Below are positions 10,509-20,320 of a stretch of 64,000 nt of DNA, piece after piece. Under the pieces are notes generated by a model. That model saw only the letters and a program-made list of their open reading frames with translations. It was not told the DNA's origin and did no database searches. Position numbers and translations under genes: made by a program. The stretch spans positions 1 to 64,000 of the IMG/VR virus record IMGVR_UViG_3300048625_000299, one strand, 5' to 3'. The first letter of the stretch is position 1; every line of letters begins with the position of its first letter.

Positions 10509-11227
10509 TGAGATTCTTGATCACAGGACATGAGGGGTTTATTGGCCGCCATGTATTCGAATACTACTCATCTAAGTATGATTGTGTAGGACTGGATATC
10601 AAATCCGGCAACGATATTACCGAGTGTGTGTTGCCAGAATGTGATGTCATCATCCACCTTGCTGGGTTGCCTGGTGTAAGGCGTAGCAAGGAGTTTCCAG
10701 AAGACTATTGGCACGCCAATGTGATTGGTAGTCAGAGGGTATTTGAACATGCTGAACGCATTGGAGCAAGGCTGTTGTATGCGTCTAGTTCGTCCGTAAA
10801 GGGGTGGTACAACAATCCATATGCCACGACCAAGAAGGTGGTGGAAATGATTGCTCCTCCACGTTCATTGGGAATGAGATTCCATACTGTATATGGCCGC
10901 GATTCTCGACCCGACATGATGTATGATATGTTGATCGGCCATCGTGCAAGGTACATTACCAACCACATGCGAGACTTTACACACGTTGATGATGTTGTAA
11001 CAGCTATAGACGTACTGTATAATAATGGGGTTTGTGGTATTGTTGACATAGGATCTAACAATCCAGTATCTGTAATTGAGCTATCGCAGGCAGCAGGCCA
11101 ATCACTACCAATAATGCAAGTGGGTGGAGAGGCCCACATTACGTGCGCCAATACCACATTATTAACTTCGCTTGGTTGGAAGCCAACGAAGCATGTATTA
11201 ACTGAAATGCGTAATGATATACTTTAA
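10508..11227 (+). CDS. NAD-dependent epimerase/dehydratase
   Basis: ITGHEGFIG Rossmann motif, YASSSS, YATTK, RDFTHV. Confidence 0.88.
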   Translation: MRFLITGHEGFIGRHVFEYYSSKYDCVGLDIKSGNDITECVLPECDVIIHLAGLPGVRRSKEFPEDYWHANVIGSQRVFEHAERIGARLLYASSSSVKGWYNNPYATTKKVVEMIAPPRSLGMRFHTVYGRDSRPDMMYDMLIGHRARYITNHMRDFTHVDDVVTAIDVLYNNGVCGIVDIGSNNPVSVIELSQAAGQSLPIMQVGGEAHITCANTTLLTSLGWKPTKHVLTEMRNDIL

Positions 11228-12929
11228 GACTATACGATGGAAGAACTTGCTCAGCACAGGCAATGTCTTTACGGAAATTCAATTCGACAAACATAAGACC
11301 ACATTGATTGTGGGTGAGAATGGTGCTGGTAAGTCGACGATGCTTGATGCGTTGTCATTTGCGATGTATGGCAAGCCGTTCCGCAATATCAAGAAGAACC
11401 AATTGATCAATACAGTCAATGGTAAGGGTGCTACAGTTGAGCTTGAATTCTCTATCGGCAAAAAAGAGTACAAGATTGTACGTGGAATTAAACCAAACGT
11501 GTTTGATATCTTCGTCGATGGCAATTTGATTGATCAGAATGCCGATGCAAAAGAGTATCAAGCGATGCTCGAGACTCAGATTCTGAAATTGAACCAGAAG
11601 TCGTTTGCTCAGATCGTCATCTTAGGCAGCGCATCATTCGTACCCTTCATGCAGTTGCAAACGGCTCACAGAAGAGAGATTATTGAAGATCTTTTGGACA
11701 TCGGCATCTTCTCGACGATGAATAGCCTGCTGAAGGATAAGGTCGCTCTGAATAAGATCAAGATGTCTGATGCTGATAATGCGATTCGTTCGAATGCTGA
11801 CAAGATCGAGATGTACAACAAGCACATCCAAATATTGAAACAGAATAACGATGAGCTGATTGAACAGAAGCGCCAACAATCGTCCAAGCTGTTGGACGAT
11901 ATCGATAATGCTAACAGCAGTATCACGAGGATCAATGGTGAGATTGAGACACTCAATGGAAGCATTACAGACCAAGACAAGGTACGGAAGAAGCTAGAGA
12001 CGATCCGAACAATGTCGGGGAAGGTGGATCATCGTCTTGAAAAGATCAAAAAGGATATTGAATTCTTTAATGCCCATGATGACTGTCCGACATGCCGACA
12101 AGGAATTGCACACGAACATAAGGCTGAGATTCTAGAAAAGAACAATGCCCAGGTTTCTGAAATCGAACAAGGTAAGAGCCAGATTACAGAAGAGCTTGAA
12201 AGTATCAACACTAGACTTACCGAGATCTCCAGCGTATCATCTTCAATCTCTACTAAAAACAGAGAAGTGTCAGACCTACTCGTTCAAGTCCGCACTTGGT
12301 CCAACTTCGTAAGAGGGATCGAGCAAGAGATTGAGAAGCTGAATAACAATACGAAGCAGATCGACACTAACGATCAAGAGATCAACACATATAAAGAAGC
12401 ATTGAAATTGGCCATTGCTTCCAAAGAAGAGTTGACGAAGGACAAGTCTACGTTCGATGTTGCAAGCATCTTGTTAAAGGATACTGGTATCAAGACGAAA
12501 ATCATCAAGCAGTATGTACCCGTGATCAATAAGCTGATTAACAAATACTTGGCAGCGATGGACTTCTTTGTTAATTTTGAATTAAATGAGAGTTTTGAAG
12601 AAACAATTAAGTCGAGGTTCCGCGATGAATTTACATACGACTCCTTCAGTGAGGGAGAAAAGAGCCGTATTGATTTGGCTTTGTTATTCGCTTGGCGCGC
12701 TGTGGCTAAGTTGCGCAATAGCGCAAGTACCAATTTGCTGATTATGGATGAGGTATTCGATAGCTCACTCGATGTGCAGGGCGGTGATGAATTGATTAAG
12801 ATTATCCAAAGCATTGTCGGCGATTCTAATGTATTCGTGATCAGCCACAAGACAGACCAACTGATGGATAAGTTTGAGCATGTAATCAAATTCCAGAAGG
12901 TAAAGAACTTCAGCCAAATAGCAACATAA
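11214..12929 (+). CDS. gp46: recombination ATPase (Rad50-like)
   Basis: GENGAGKS, CPTC hook, FSEGEK, MDEVFD. Confidence 0.96.
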   Translation: MIYFKTIRWKNLLSTGNVFTEIQFDKHKTTLIVGENGAGKSTMLDALSFAMYGKPFRNIKKNQLINTVNGKGATVELEFSIGKKEYKIVRGIKPNVFDIFVDGNLIDQNADAKEYQAMLETQILKLNQKSFAQIVILGSASFVPFMQLQTAHRREIIEDLLDIGIFSTMNSLLKDKVALNKIKMSDADNAIRSNADKIEMYNKHIQILKQNNDELIEQKRQQSSKLLDDIDNANSSITRINGEIETLNGSITDQDKVRKKLETIRTMSGKVDHRLEKIKKDIEFFNAHDDCPTCRQGIAHEHKAEILEKNNAQVSEIEQGKSQITEELESINTRLTEISSVSSSISTKNREVSDLLVQVRTWSNFVRGIEQEIEKLNNNTKQIDTNDQEINTYKEALKLAIASKEELTKDKSTFDVASILLKDTGIKTKIIKQYVPVINKLINKYLAAMDFFVNFELNESFEETIKSRFRDEFTYDSFSEGEKSRIDLALLFAWRAVAKLRNSASTNLLIMDEVFDSSLDVQGGDELIKIIQSIVGDSNVFVISHKTDQLMDKFEHVIKFQKVKNFSQIAT

Positions 12930-12937
12930 GGAAAAAT

Positions 12938-13534
12938 ATGATTTTAAATTTAGTAGACACAGGCAATCCGCTGCTGTATAAAGAATTGGAAGAGTTTGAT
13001 TTTGCAAACCCACCTTGCGACCCAGTCGAGTTAGCAAACAACCTAATCGAAACGATGGCTCATCATCGCGGTCTGGGGTTGTCATCCAACCAGTGTGGAT
13101 TGCCATATCGAGTGTTTGCGTTGTGGTCGGAGCAACCGCTTGTTGTATTTAATCCACGTATTATCGACCAGTCCTCAGAATTCGTCCAATTGGAAGAAGG
13201 CTGCTTGACTTTTCCAAATCTTTTTATTAAAATAAAGCGTCCGAAGATTATCAAGGTTCGTTTCCAAGATGTCACAGGTGCTACTCATACTGAAAAGTTT
13301 ATCGGCATGACTGCTCGTGGCTTCCTCCACGAGATGGATCATTTGGACGGCATCATTTATCAGAAGCGCGCTTCTGTACCGCAGTTGAACAAATCTGTGA
13401 ATCAGCGCAAGATGCTAGAGCGTAGGTTGAAGCGTGGTGAGGTGTATTATAAGCCAGCCGAAGTACCAGGTGTTGTATCCACAGACGGTACCATCACATT
13501 CAACACACGTACTGATACAATTACAAACGGTTAA
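12938..13534 (+). CDS. def: peptide deformylase
   Basis: GLGLSSNQ, EGCLT, HEMDH motifs. Confidence 0.93.
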   Translation: MILNLVDTGNPLLYKELEEFDFANPPCDPVELANNLIETMAHHRGLGLSSNQCGLPYRVFALWSEQPLVVFNPRIIDQSSEFVQLEEGCLTFPNLFIKIKRPKIIKVRFQDVTGATHTEKFIGMTARGFLHEMDHLDGIIYQKRASVPQLNKSVNQRKMLERRLKRGEVYYKPAEVPGVVSTDGTITFNTRTDTITNG

Positions 13535-13542
13535 GGAATTAC

Positions 13543-14376
13543 ATGGCAAAATTAAAAGTAGCAGAGTTATTTTACAGCGTCCAAGGTGAAGGACGTTACA
13601 TGGGCGTGCCGTCCGTGTTCCTCCGCATCTTCGGATGCAACTTCAAATGTGAAGGCTTCGGATTGCCTAAAGGAGAATTGAGTAATGAAAGAAACCTCGT
13701 CGATGCTGACTCAATCAAGAACTACAAAGACCTCCCACTCGTTAGCACCGGATGTGACTCTTATGCGTCTTGGGATCCTCGTTTTAAGCATCTTAGTCCT
13801 GTTCTTAGCACCGATAGCGTTGCCGATGCTATTATGGATATGCTTCCGTTTGGTGAGTGGAAAGAAGAGCACTTAGTTATTACAGGCGGCGAGCCGTTGC
13901 TCGGCTGGCAACGTGCATACCCAGACCTGCTTAAGCATCCTAAGATGTTGGCATTGAAGGAACTGACATTCGAGACGAATGGTACACAAGAGCTGACCAA
14001 AGAGTTTGCGGACTTCTTAAAGGAGTCATTTGAGTATGACCAGCTGACATTCTCTGTTAGTCCTAAGCTCAGCGTCAGTGGCGAGAAATGGGAAGAGGCG
14101 ATCTGCCCTCAAATCGTCGCTGAGTACAACAAGATCGGATACACATACTTGAAGTTCGTGGTCGCATCTGAGGAAGATGTCCAAGAAGCTGTTAAGGCTA
14201 CTGCAGAATATCGTGCAGCTGGTTTTGATGGGCCGGTGTATTTGATGCCGGTTGGTGGTGTAGAGAGCGTGTACACCATGAACGCTAAAAACGTAGCAAT
14301 CGCTGCTATGAATCTAGGTTACCGCTACAGCGATCGTTTGCAGGTACCTCTTTTTAAGAATGAGTGGGGCACATGA
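13543..14376 (+). CDS. queE: 7-carboxy-7-deazaguanine synthase (radical SAM)
   Basis: ELFYSVQGEG, GCNFKC...GCDS, ITGGEP, FETNG, SVSPK. Confidence 0.93.
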   Translation: MAKLKVAELFYSVQGEGRYMGVPSVFLRIFGCNFKCEGFGLPKGELSNERNLVDADSIKNYKDLPLVSTGCDSYASWDPRFKHLSPVLSTDSVADAIMDMLPFGEWKEEHLVITGGEPLLGWQRAYPDLLKHPKMLALKELTFETNGTQELTKEFADFLKESFEYDQLTFSVSPKLSVSGEKWEEAICPQIVAEYNKIGYTYLKFVVASEEDVQEAVKATAEYRAAGFDGPVYLMPVGGVESVYTMNAKNVAIAAMNLGYRYSDRLQVPLFKNEWGT

Positions 14377-14825
14377 TCAATTACTCTAATACAGAATTTG
14401 TAGATGACATCGACAAACTAACACACCAGATCATTGGGTCTGGTAAGCATTACGATTACATCGTTGGCGTGGTTCGTGGAGGAGCGATCCCAGCAGTATG
14501 CCTTTCGCATAGATTAGGTCTCCCGATGAAATGTGTGTCGTGGTCAACATTTCATGGAGATCAGATGCGAGAGTCTGCATGGGACATTGCAGAAGACATC
14601 CATGACGGCAAGAAGGTACTTTTAGTAGACGACATCCTCGACTCTGGACGAACGATCAAAGAATTGTTTGAAGATTGGGATGTGCAAAAGGAACAAGTTG
14701 ATGTTGCAGTGTTGATCTATAACACCGATCAGTCTATAGTACCAGAATACTATGGCAGAAAAGTAAACAAAGGTGTCGATCCGAGTTGGATCACCTTTTG
14801 GTGGGAAACAGAGGATGAGGAATAA
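14373..14825 (+). CDS. type I phosphoribosyltransferase
   Basis: RGG motif and PRPP loop VLLVDDILDSGRT. Confidence 0.88.
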   Translation: MINYSNTEFVDDIDKLTHQIIGSGKHYDYIVGVVRGGAIPAVCLSHRLGLPMKCVSWSTFHGDQMRESAWDIAEDIHDGKKVLLVDDILDSGRTIKELFEDWDVQKEQVDVAVLIYNTDQSIVPEYYGRKVNKGVDPSWITFWWETEDEE

Positions 14826-14827
14826 TA

Positions 14828-15331
14828 ATGAGTAAACCAGTCGTACAGTACAAATATACAAGTACTAAAGAGTATCATAATGCGTTTCCGGTTGCATACC
14901 GCCAATGGCGTGCCGATTCGCATTGCAACTTGATTCATGGCTATGCATTCAGCATGAAGTTCTATTTTGGGACAGATGACTTGGATGTTCGCAACTGGGC
15001 AGCAGACTATGGCGGTCTGAAGGAATTGAAAAACGTGCTCGAAAGTCAATTTGACCACACGCTCCTTGTAGCAGAAGATGATCCAGAGCTTGATTTCTAT
15101 AAAGAGATGGAAAAGCGTAAGTTGGCTAAACTTACCATCCTACCAAAGCTAGGGTGTGAAGGCCTTTCGGATCAATTATACAAGTACGTGAATGGTGTAT
15201 ACATTCCAGATATGTGGGGTCCTGCAGAAGCAGCTCGTCTGTGGTGTTACAGAGTTGAAGTACGTGAGACTCAAAGTAACATGGCCTTCCGTGAAGGACA
15301 TCGTGAATGGAATGAGGACTTGTTCGCATAA
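14828..15331 (+). CDS. queD: 6-carboxytetrahydropterin synthase
   Basis: HCNLIHGY, FDH, EVRET motifs. Confidence 0.88.
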   Translation: MSKPVVQYKYTSTKEYHNAFPVAYRQWRADSHCNLIHGYAFSMKFYFGTDDLDVRNWAADYGGLKELKNVLESQFDHTLLVAEDDPELDFYKEMEKRKLAKLTILPKLGCEGLSDQLYKYVNGVYIPDMWGPAEAARLWCYRVEVRETQSNMAFREGHREWNEDLFA

Positions 15332-15549
15332 TGGCATTCAAGCAATTTGCATGGGTCCCAGATGGGACTTATGATTATAGAGAATACCTAGTACGCTACG
15401 TTCTGAAGGACGGCAATGCTACTACAGTTCTTTCAAAGATGTGGGTTGACTCTGGCCCACCTGATGAACTATCATCAGAGTTAAAGCAACCATGGGGAGC
15501 GTTTCCAGACTTCCCTCCTAAACCACCAAAGAAAGTAGAACAGAAATGA
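15331..15549 (+). CDS. hypothetical protein
   Basis: ORF translationally coupled to neighbours. Confidence 0.6.
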   Translation: MAFKQFAWVPDGTYDYREYLVRYVLKDGNATTVLSKMWVDSGPPDELSSELKQPWGAFPDFPPKPPKKVEQK

Positions 15550-16295
15550 TCGCAGAAGGATTTGACGATAAAGGAAAAGCAGCTTCTAAGAAGAAAGCTG
15601 ATGTAGAGGGTACGTACTTGGTATCCGCCACAGTACGCAATCGACTGAAGCAAGCTAATAAGCGCTTCAATGCAAACGACAATATCTCTGAGTTCCTGAA
15701 AGAGGACGAAATTCCTAAGCTGGTTGACGAGGTCGCTGGGAAGTTCCAAGGCGTGTTGGAGAGCTTGGTTATTGACGTTGAAAACGACCCAAATTCCCAT
15801 GACACAGCTCGCCGCTTGGCGAAGATGTACGTGTATGAATTGATGGCTGGTCGCTATGAGAAGCCACCAAAAGTAACTGCGTTCCCCAACACAGGACCAG
15901 AACGATTCGAAGGCATGTTAGTTGTACGTGCTGAATTGATCTCTATGTGTTCGCACCACCACCAGCCAGTTAAGGGTACTGCTATTATTGGCATCATCCC
16001 TACAGGCGAAGTTATTGGGCTATCGAAGTATGCTCGTATTGCTCAGTGGTGTGCTCGTCGTGGTACGTTGCAAGAAGACCTCGCGAATCAAATCGCTAAG
16101 GAAATTATGAATGCAACAGACACAGAGAATTGCGCAGTGTATATCCAAGCAACTCATGGTTGTATGGAAAACCGAGGTGTGATGGCTCACTCGAGCTTGA
16201 CACAGACAAGCGTGGTCCATGGCTTATTCCACAACGATTCAGTTAAGGCTGAGTTCATGTCGAATGTGAAGTTGCAATTCGCAACAGCACGCTAA
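15546..16295 (+). CDS. folE: GTP cyclohydrolase I
   Basis: SMCSHHHQP, GLSKYAR, LQE, HGCMENRG. Confidence 0.95.
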   Translation: MIAEGFDDKGKAASKKKADVEGTYLVSATVRNRLKQANKRFNANDNISEFLKEDEIPKLVDEVAGKFQGVLESLVIDVENDPNSHDTARRLAKMYVYELMAGRYEKPPKVTAFPNTGPERFEGMLVVRAELISMCSHHHQPVKGTAIIGIIPTGEVIGLSKYARIAQWCARRGTLQEDLANQIAKEIMNATDTENCAVYIQATHGCMENRGVMAHSSLTQTSVVHGLFHNDSVKAEFMSNVKLQFATAR

Positions 16296-16322
16296 TTATT
16301 TTATTATAGGAGTGATTATATT

Positions 16323-16547
16323 ATGACACAAAAAAAGCGTATCCTTACATCATTATCATCTGGCAAAGAGTTGTCTGCAAAACAACTGACATCTTTGTAT
16401 AAGATCGCATCCCCAACAAAGGTGATCTCTACCCTCCGTGCAGAGGGTCATAAGATCCAATTGAAGAAGCACACCGACCGTTCTGGTCGCACTACATCCA
16501 AATATCATTTGGTATCTAAGTCAACTCGCAAAACAGCTACAGCTTAA
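16323..16547 (+). CDS. small winged-helix DNA-binding protein
   Basis: Basic 74 aa, ISTLRAEGHKI, AGGAG RBS. Confidence 0.65.
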   Translation: MTQKKRILTSLSSGKELSAKQLTSLYKIASPTKVISTLRAEGHKIQLKKHTDRSGRTTSKYHLVSKSTRKTATA

Positions 16548-16590
16548 TGCAATACCCGCCTAGTGCGGGTTTCACATTGAAAGGTGTAGC

Positions 16591-17121
16591 ATGATTGTTA
16601 CCACATATGAGTTGGGCGATCTTGCTAATGGTGGATTTAAAAAGTCGAAGCTGGCTGAGGAAGCATTACTTAAATTAGTTGCCAGTAAGAAGAGATTGTC
16701 GTATAGTGTAGACTTGACTGAGGGAAAGAATACAGATTGGGATGGTATGTTAGGTACTGACCCAATCGAAATTAAGTTCTCAGCCAAGATGTTTACTGGC
16801 GAAAACCGATTCGGCAATTTCTTCGAGACGCATTATAAGAGCGGAAAACCATCTGCTCTTCTATTAACAAAAGCCACGAAATATATTACAGTAAGCCCTG
16901 GTTGGTCAAATAAGTACGCATCCGTTACAGGCAAAGTGCGTATGTGGAATGTAAATGAGCTATTGAATGTAATGGATAATCCATACCCTGTAGTCGAGTT
17001 TGATTATGGTGAAAAAGGATTCTTTGTACCAAACAAGTCTTCCCTAGTTAATCACGAATGGGTTGGCGACGTTTCGTTCGATCAAGAAAAGCGTAGTTAC
17101 AATATTTCAAATTGGATATAA
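16591..17121 (+). CDS. hypothetical protein, possible PD-(D/E)XK nuclease
   Basis: WDG...IEIK spacing. Confidence 0.45.
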   Translation: MIVTTYELGDLANGGFKKSKLAEEALLKLVASKKRLSYSVDLTEGKNTDWDGMLGTDPIEIKFSAKMFTGENRFGNFFETHYKSGKPSALLLTKATKYITVSPGWSNKYASVTGKVRMWNVNELLNVMDNPYPVVEFDYGEKGFFVPNKSSLVNHEWVGDVSFDQEKRSYNISNWI

Positions 17122-17125
17122 GATA

Positions 17126-17566
17126 ATGAATACTATTAATGTGACGGGGGATTCGGTAGTGACTATCAACACCCCACCTAAGTCATACATCTGGGTTACC
17201 TTCCAGAAAGAAGGAATCCACAAATACCCAGCAGCAGCGACTGATCCCAAACTGGCAACAGGCGATTGGCTTGATGTTAGCTTCCTAGGTGTACCGCATC
17301 GCCATATTTTCCACTTCCGTGTGGAGATGGAAGTGTTCCACGATGACCGTGATGTTGAATTTATCCAAGCAAAGCGCTGGATGGAGAGCTGGTATCAGGA
17401 CGGAACATTGGCACTCGACTTCAAGTCTTGCGAGATGATGGCTAAAGAATTGTATGCGAAATGCATCAAGCAATGGCCAGATCGTGATTATGTAGTCCAA
17501 GTATCGGAGGACGGCGAAAACGGCTGCCGCATTGTGTTCGATAAACCGAAGGTGTATGGTCAATGA
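17126..17566 (+). CDS. second QueD-like T-fold protein (DpdL-like candidate)
   Basis: EGIH, HRHIFHF, SCEMMA, VSEDGENG; inside the que cluster. Confidence 0.65.
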   Translation: MNTINVTGDSVVTINTPPKSYIWVTFQKEGIHKYPAAATDPKLATGDWLDVSFLGVPHRHIFHFRVEMEVFHDDRDVEFIQAKRWMESWYQDGTLALDFKSCEMMAKELYAKCIKQWPDRDYVVQVSEDGENGCRIVFDKPKVYGQ

Positions 17567-18408
17567 TTAACTTCTGCCACATTTCCCCAACCAAGTACCT
17601 AGAGCAGTTCACAGAGCAGAATGGCGCTCATTTGATTCTGGCTCACCTAGTCGAGACTGATCCTGACTACTGCGAATTCTATGCAAACCTAGAAGATGGC
17701 AAGTATAAGATCATGGACAACTCTGCATTCGAGATGTTCAAGCTTGGCCGTCCGATGTATGACTCTGATAAGCTGATCGAAATGGCAAAGGCATGTAAAG
17801 CTGATTGCGTCGTGATGTCTGATTATCCTAAGATGCATTCATCACATACAGTTAACGCTGCTGTCAAGATGATTCCTGAATTGAAGGGTGCAGGATTCGA
17901 TACATTCTTCTGCCCACAAAGTGAACTCGGCGACATTGAAGATCTGATGTCTACGATGGCATGGGCACTGAACAATCCAAACATCGATTTGATTGGTATG
18001 TCCATCCTAGCATGTCCTATTGCAATGGGCGTGAATGAAAGCACGTTCAATGATGGCAAGCGTTCTGATTCTTATAAGATGCAACGATTCACATCGCGCT
18101 TTGCTGTATTTGATGAAATGCAACGTCGTGGCCTATTGAACGACTTGGCAATGAAGCGTTTCCATTGTTTGGGGATGGTTGATGGCCCTAAAGAGATTCG
18201 CTTGCTTAAGCAATTCGAACAATACATCTTCTCATGGGATTCAAGTGCTGCTGTATGGGCTGGCATTCACGGTCTCCAGTTCGACGGATCTCCTACTGGT
18301 CTGACGAACGGTAAGTTTGAGAAGGAAGTGGAATTTGACTACGTCGGCGAAGTGAATACACAATCAGTACAATACAATATCAATTATATCAGCGGACTTC
18401 TTAAATGA
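17563..18408 (+). CDS. DpdA/TGT-like deazaguanine transglycosylase family protein
   Basis: IMDNSAFE, FHCLG, SWDSS motifs of TGT-like barrels; context. Confidence 0.6.
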   Translation: MINFCHISPTKYLEQFTEQNGAHLILAHLVETDPDYCEFYANLEDGKYKIMDNSAFEMFKLGRPMYDSDKLIEMAKACKADCVVMSDYPKMHSSHTVNAAVKMIPELKGAGFDTFFCPQSELGDIEDLMSTMAWALNNPNIDLIGMSILACPIAMGVNESTFNDGKRSDSYKMQRFTSRFAVFDEMQRRGLLNDLAMKRFHCLGMVDGPKEIRLLKQFEQYIFSWDSSAAVWAGIHGLQFDGSPTGLTNGKFEKEVEFDYVGEVNTQSVQYNINYISGLLK

Positions 18409-18962
18409 GTTTCAAGATAATCGCCCTGACAGGGCCGAAGGGCAGCGGGAAGGATACAGTTGGTCAGTTGATCTCTGATGCGATTCCTAATGCCCAGACG
18501 ATCGCTTTTGCTGACCCCATCAAGCAAGTGATCGTCGACATATTCAAGCTGGATGGTATTAGTGATTATGATTTGTTTAAGCGTACAGTCGTTGACTACA
18601 AACTCGACTATGTGCCAAAGCATCTTGCTGGCAGACACGTAGTTCGTGAAATTGGTATGTTGATGCGCAACTATGACGATAAACAATTCAACAACTATAT
18701 CCGCACACGTGTGGAGTCTGATCCCCACAAGGTATGGATTGTTACTGATCTAAGATTTGATAATGAGTACACGTTCCTGAGGTCGCTGGGTGCTAAAATT
18801 GTTAAAATTACACGCCCGTCATATACATATGATGGCCATATTACTGAACGTGAATTCAACGACTCGCTTGTAGACCATACCATTATGAATGATGGGTCGT
18901 TAGAATACTTGAAGATTAGAACTGAAATTGTTATGAAGAATATTATACAGGAGTGGGCATGA
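18405..18962 (+). CDS. deoxynucleoside monophosphate kinase (T4 gp1-like)
   Basis: GPKGSGKDT, FADPIK, DLRFDNE. Confidence 0.88.
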   Translation: MSFKIIALTGPKGSGKDTVGQLISDAIPNAQTIAFADPIKQVIVDIFKLDGISDYDLFKRTVVDYKLDYVPKHLAGRHVVREIGMLMRNYDDKQFNNYIRTRVESDPHKVWIVTDLRFDNEYTFLRSLGAKIVKITRPSYTYDGHITEREFNDSLVDHTIMNDGSLEYLKIRTEIVMKNIIQEWA

Positions 18963-19459
18963 AGCACATTATGAGCACACATTCGAAGTCTACACTTTCG
19001 AATGTATTGAATGAAGACGTTCAGCCGAACGCAGTAGATCTTAGACTGGGTCAAGTCTTTAAGATCAAGGAAGATCTGTTTGAGATCTCTAATGAACACA
19101 AGAAGCATCGCGGCACCGACTATGAACTCAAGGTGGACCCAGAAGGATACTTCAACCTTGAGCCAGGTCATTATGAGGTGGTGATGGAAAATATTATCCG
19201 TGTGGGTGAAGGTGAAGCAGGCTGGGTGATTACCCGTTCGACACTAAACCGCAATGGTCTGTTCCTTACATCTGGATTATATGATAGCGGATATCATGGA
19301 GTGATGGCTGGTGTATTGCATGTTACTATCGGTAACGCAAGAATCAAAAAGGGCACACGCGTTGGACAATATCTCAGTTTTGAAGCTGAGGCATTGAGCA
19401 GCTACGACGGTGACTATGGATTGGGTAAAGAGCATGACAATAAATATGGAGTTAAATAA
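18959..19459 (+). CDS. trimeric dUTPase/dCTP deaminase family
   Basis: QPNAVDLRL, RSTLNRNG, YDSGYHG. Confidence 0.85.
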   Translation: MKHIMSTHSKSTLSNVLNEDVQPNAVDLRLGQVFKIKEDLFEISNEHKKHRGTDYELKVDPEGYFNLEPGHYEVVMENIIRVGEGEAGWVITRSTLNRNGLFLTSGLYDSGYHGVMAGVLHVTIGNARIKKGTRVGQYLSFEAEALSSYDGDYGLGKEHDNKYGVK

Positions 19460-20313
19460 TGGAAATCAAAGCTGAAATTGCAGACTTGCAAAAAAAGAAA
19501 CTGTTCGTAGCGACGCCGATGTACGGTGGTGCTTGTGCAGGCATGTATACAAGATCTATCGCAGACTTGTCTGCTATCTGCGCAAAATACCAAATTCCGT
19601 TGCAATTGTACTTCTTGTTCAATGAGTCATTGATCACCCGTGCTCGTAACTATTGCGTTGATGAATTCCTGCGCAGTGGTGCAACTCATTTGATGTTCAT
19701 CGACTCTGACATTGGCTTTAATCCAAATGATGTCTTGGCGCTGCTGGCATTGATGTCTGATGATAGTCCTTATGACGTCATGGGCGGTCCATACCCTAAG
19801 AAGTGCATCTCTTGGGAAAAGATCAAGATGGCTGTCGATAAAGGAGTTGCGGACGAAGATCCAAACGTACTCGAGAAGTTCGTTGGCGACTATGTGTTCA
19901 ACCCTAAAGGCAATCAACGTGAGATTCCATTGGGCGCTCCAGTTGAAGTTATGGAGATCGGCACTGGGTTTATGATGGTACGTCGTAAGACGTTCGAGGA
20001 TTACGCAAAAGCATATCCACACCAGTCTTACAAGCCAGATCATGTCCGTACCGAGCACTTCGATGGAACACGTGAAATCATCGCTTATTTCGATTGTATC
20101 ATCGACCCACAAAGCAAGCGCTACTTGTCAGAAGACTACATGTTCTGTTACAACGTAGAGAAGATGGGTGGTCGTGTGTGGTTCTGTCCATGGATGCAAC
20201 TACAACACGTTGGTAGTTATGTGTTTGGCGGAAGCTTAGCTGATTTGGCATCGATCGGTGCATCAGCAACAGCGGATGTTAATAAACTTGGCGGCAAGCC
20301 AAAAGCTAAGTGA
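19459..20313 (+). CDS. GT-A fold glycosyltransferase-like protein
   Basis: ATPMYGG, ESLITRARN, FIDSD (DxD), GTGFM, SEDY. Confidence 0.7.
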   Translation: MEIKAEIADLQKKKLFVATPMYGGACAGMYTRSIADLSAICAKYQIPLQLYFLFNESLITRARNYCVDEFLRSGATHLMFIDSDIGFNPNDVLALLALMSDDSPYDVMGGPYPKKCISWEKIKMAVDKGVADEDPNVLEKFVGDYVFNPKGNQREIPLGAPVEVMEIGTGFMMVRRKTFEDYAKAYPHQSYKPDHVRTEHFDGTREIIAYFDCIIDPQSKRYLSEDYMFCYNVEKMGGRVWFCPWMQLQHVGSYVFGGSLADLASIGASATADVNKLGGKPKAK

Positions 20314-20320
20314 GGACTGA

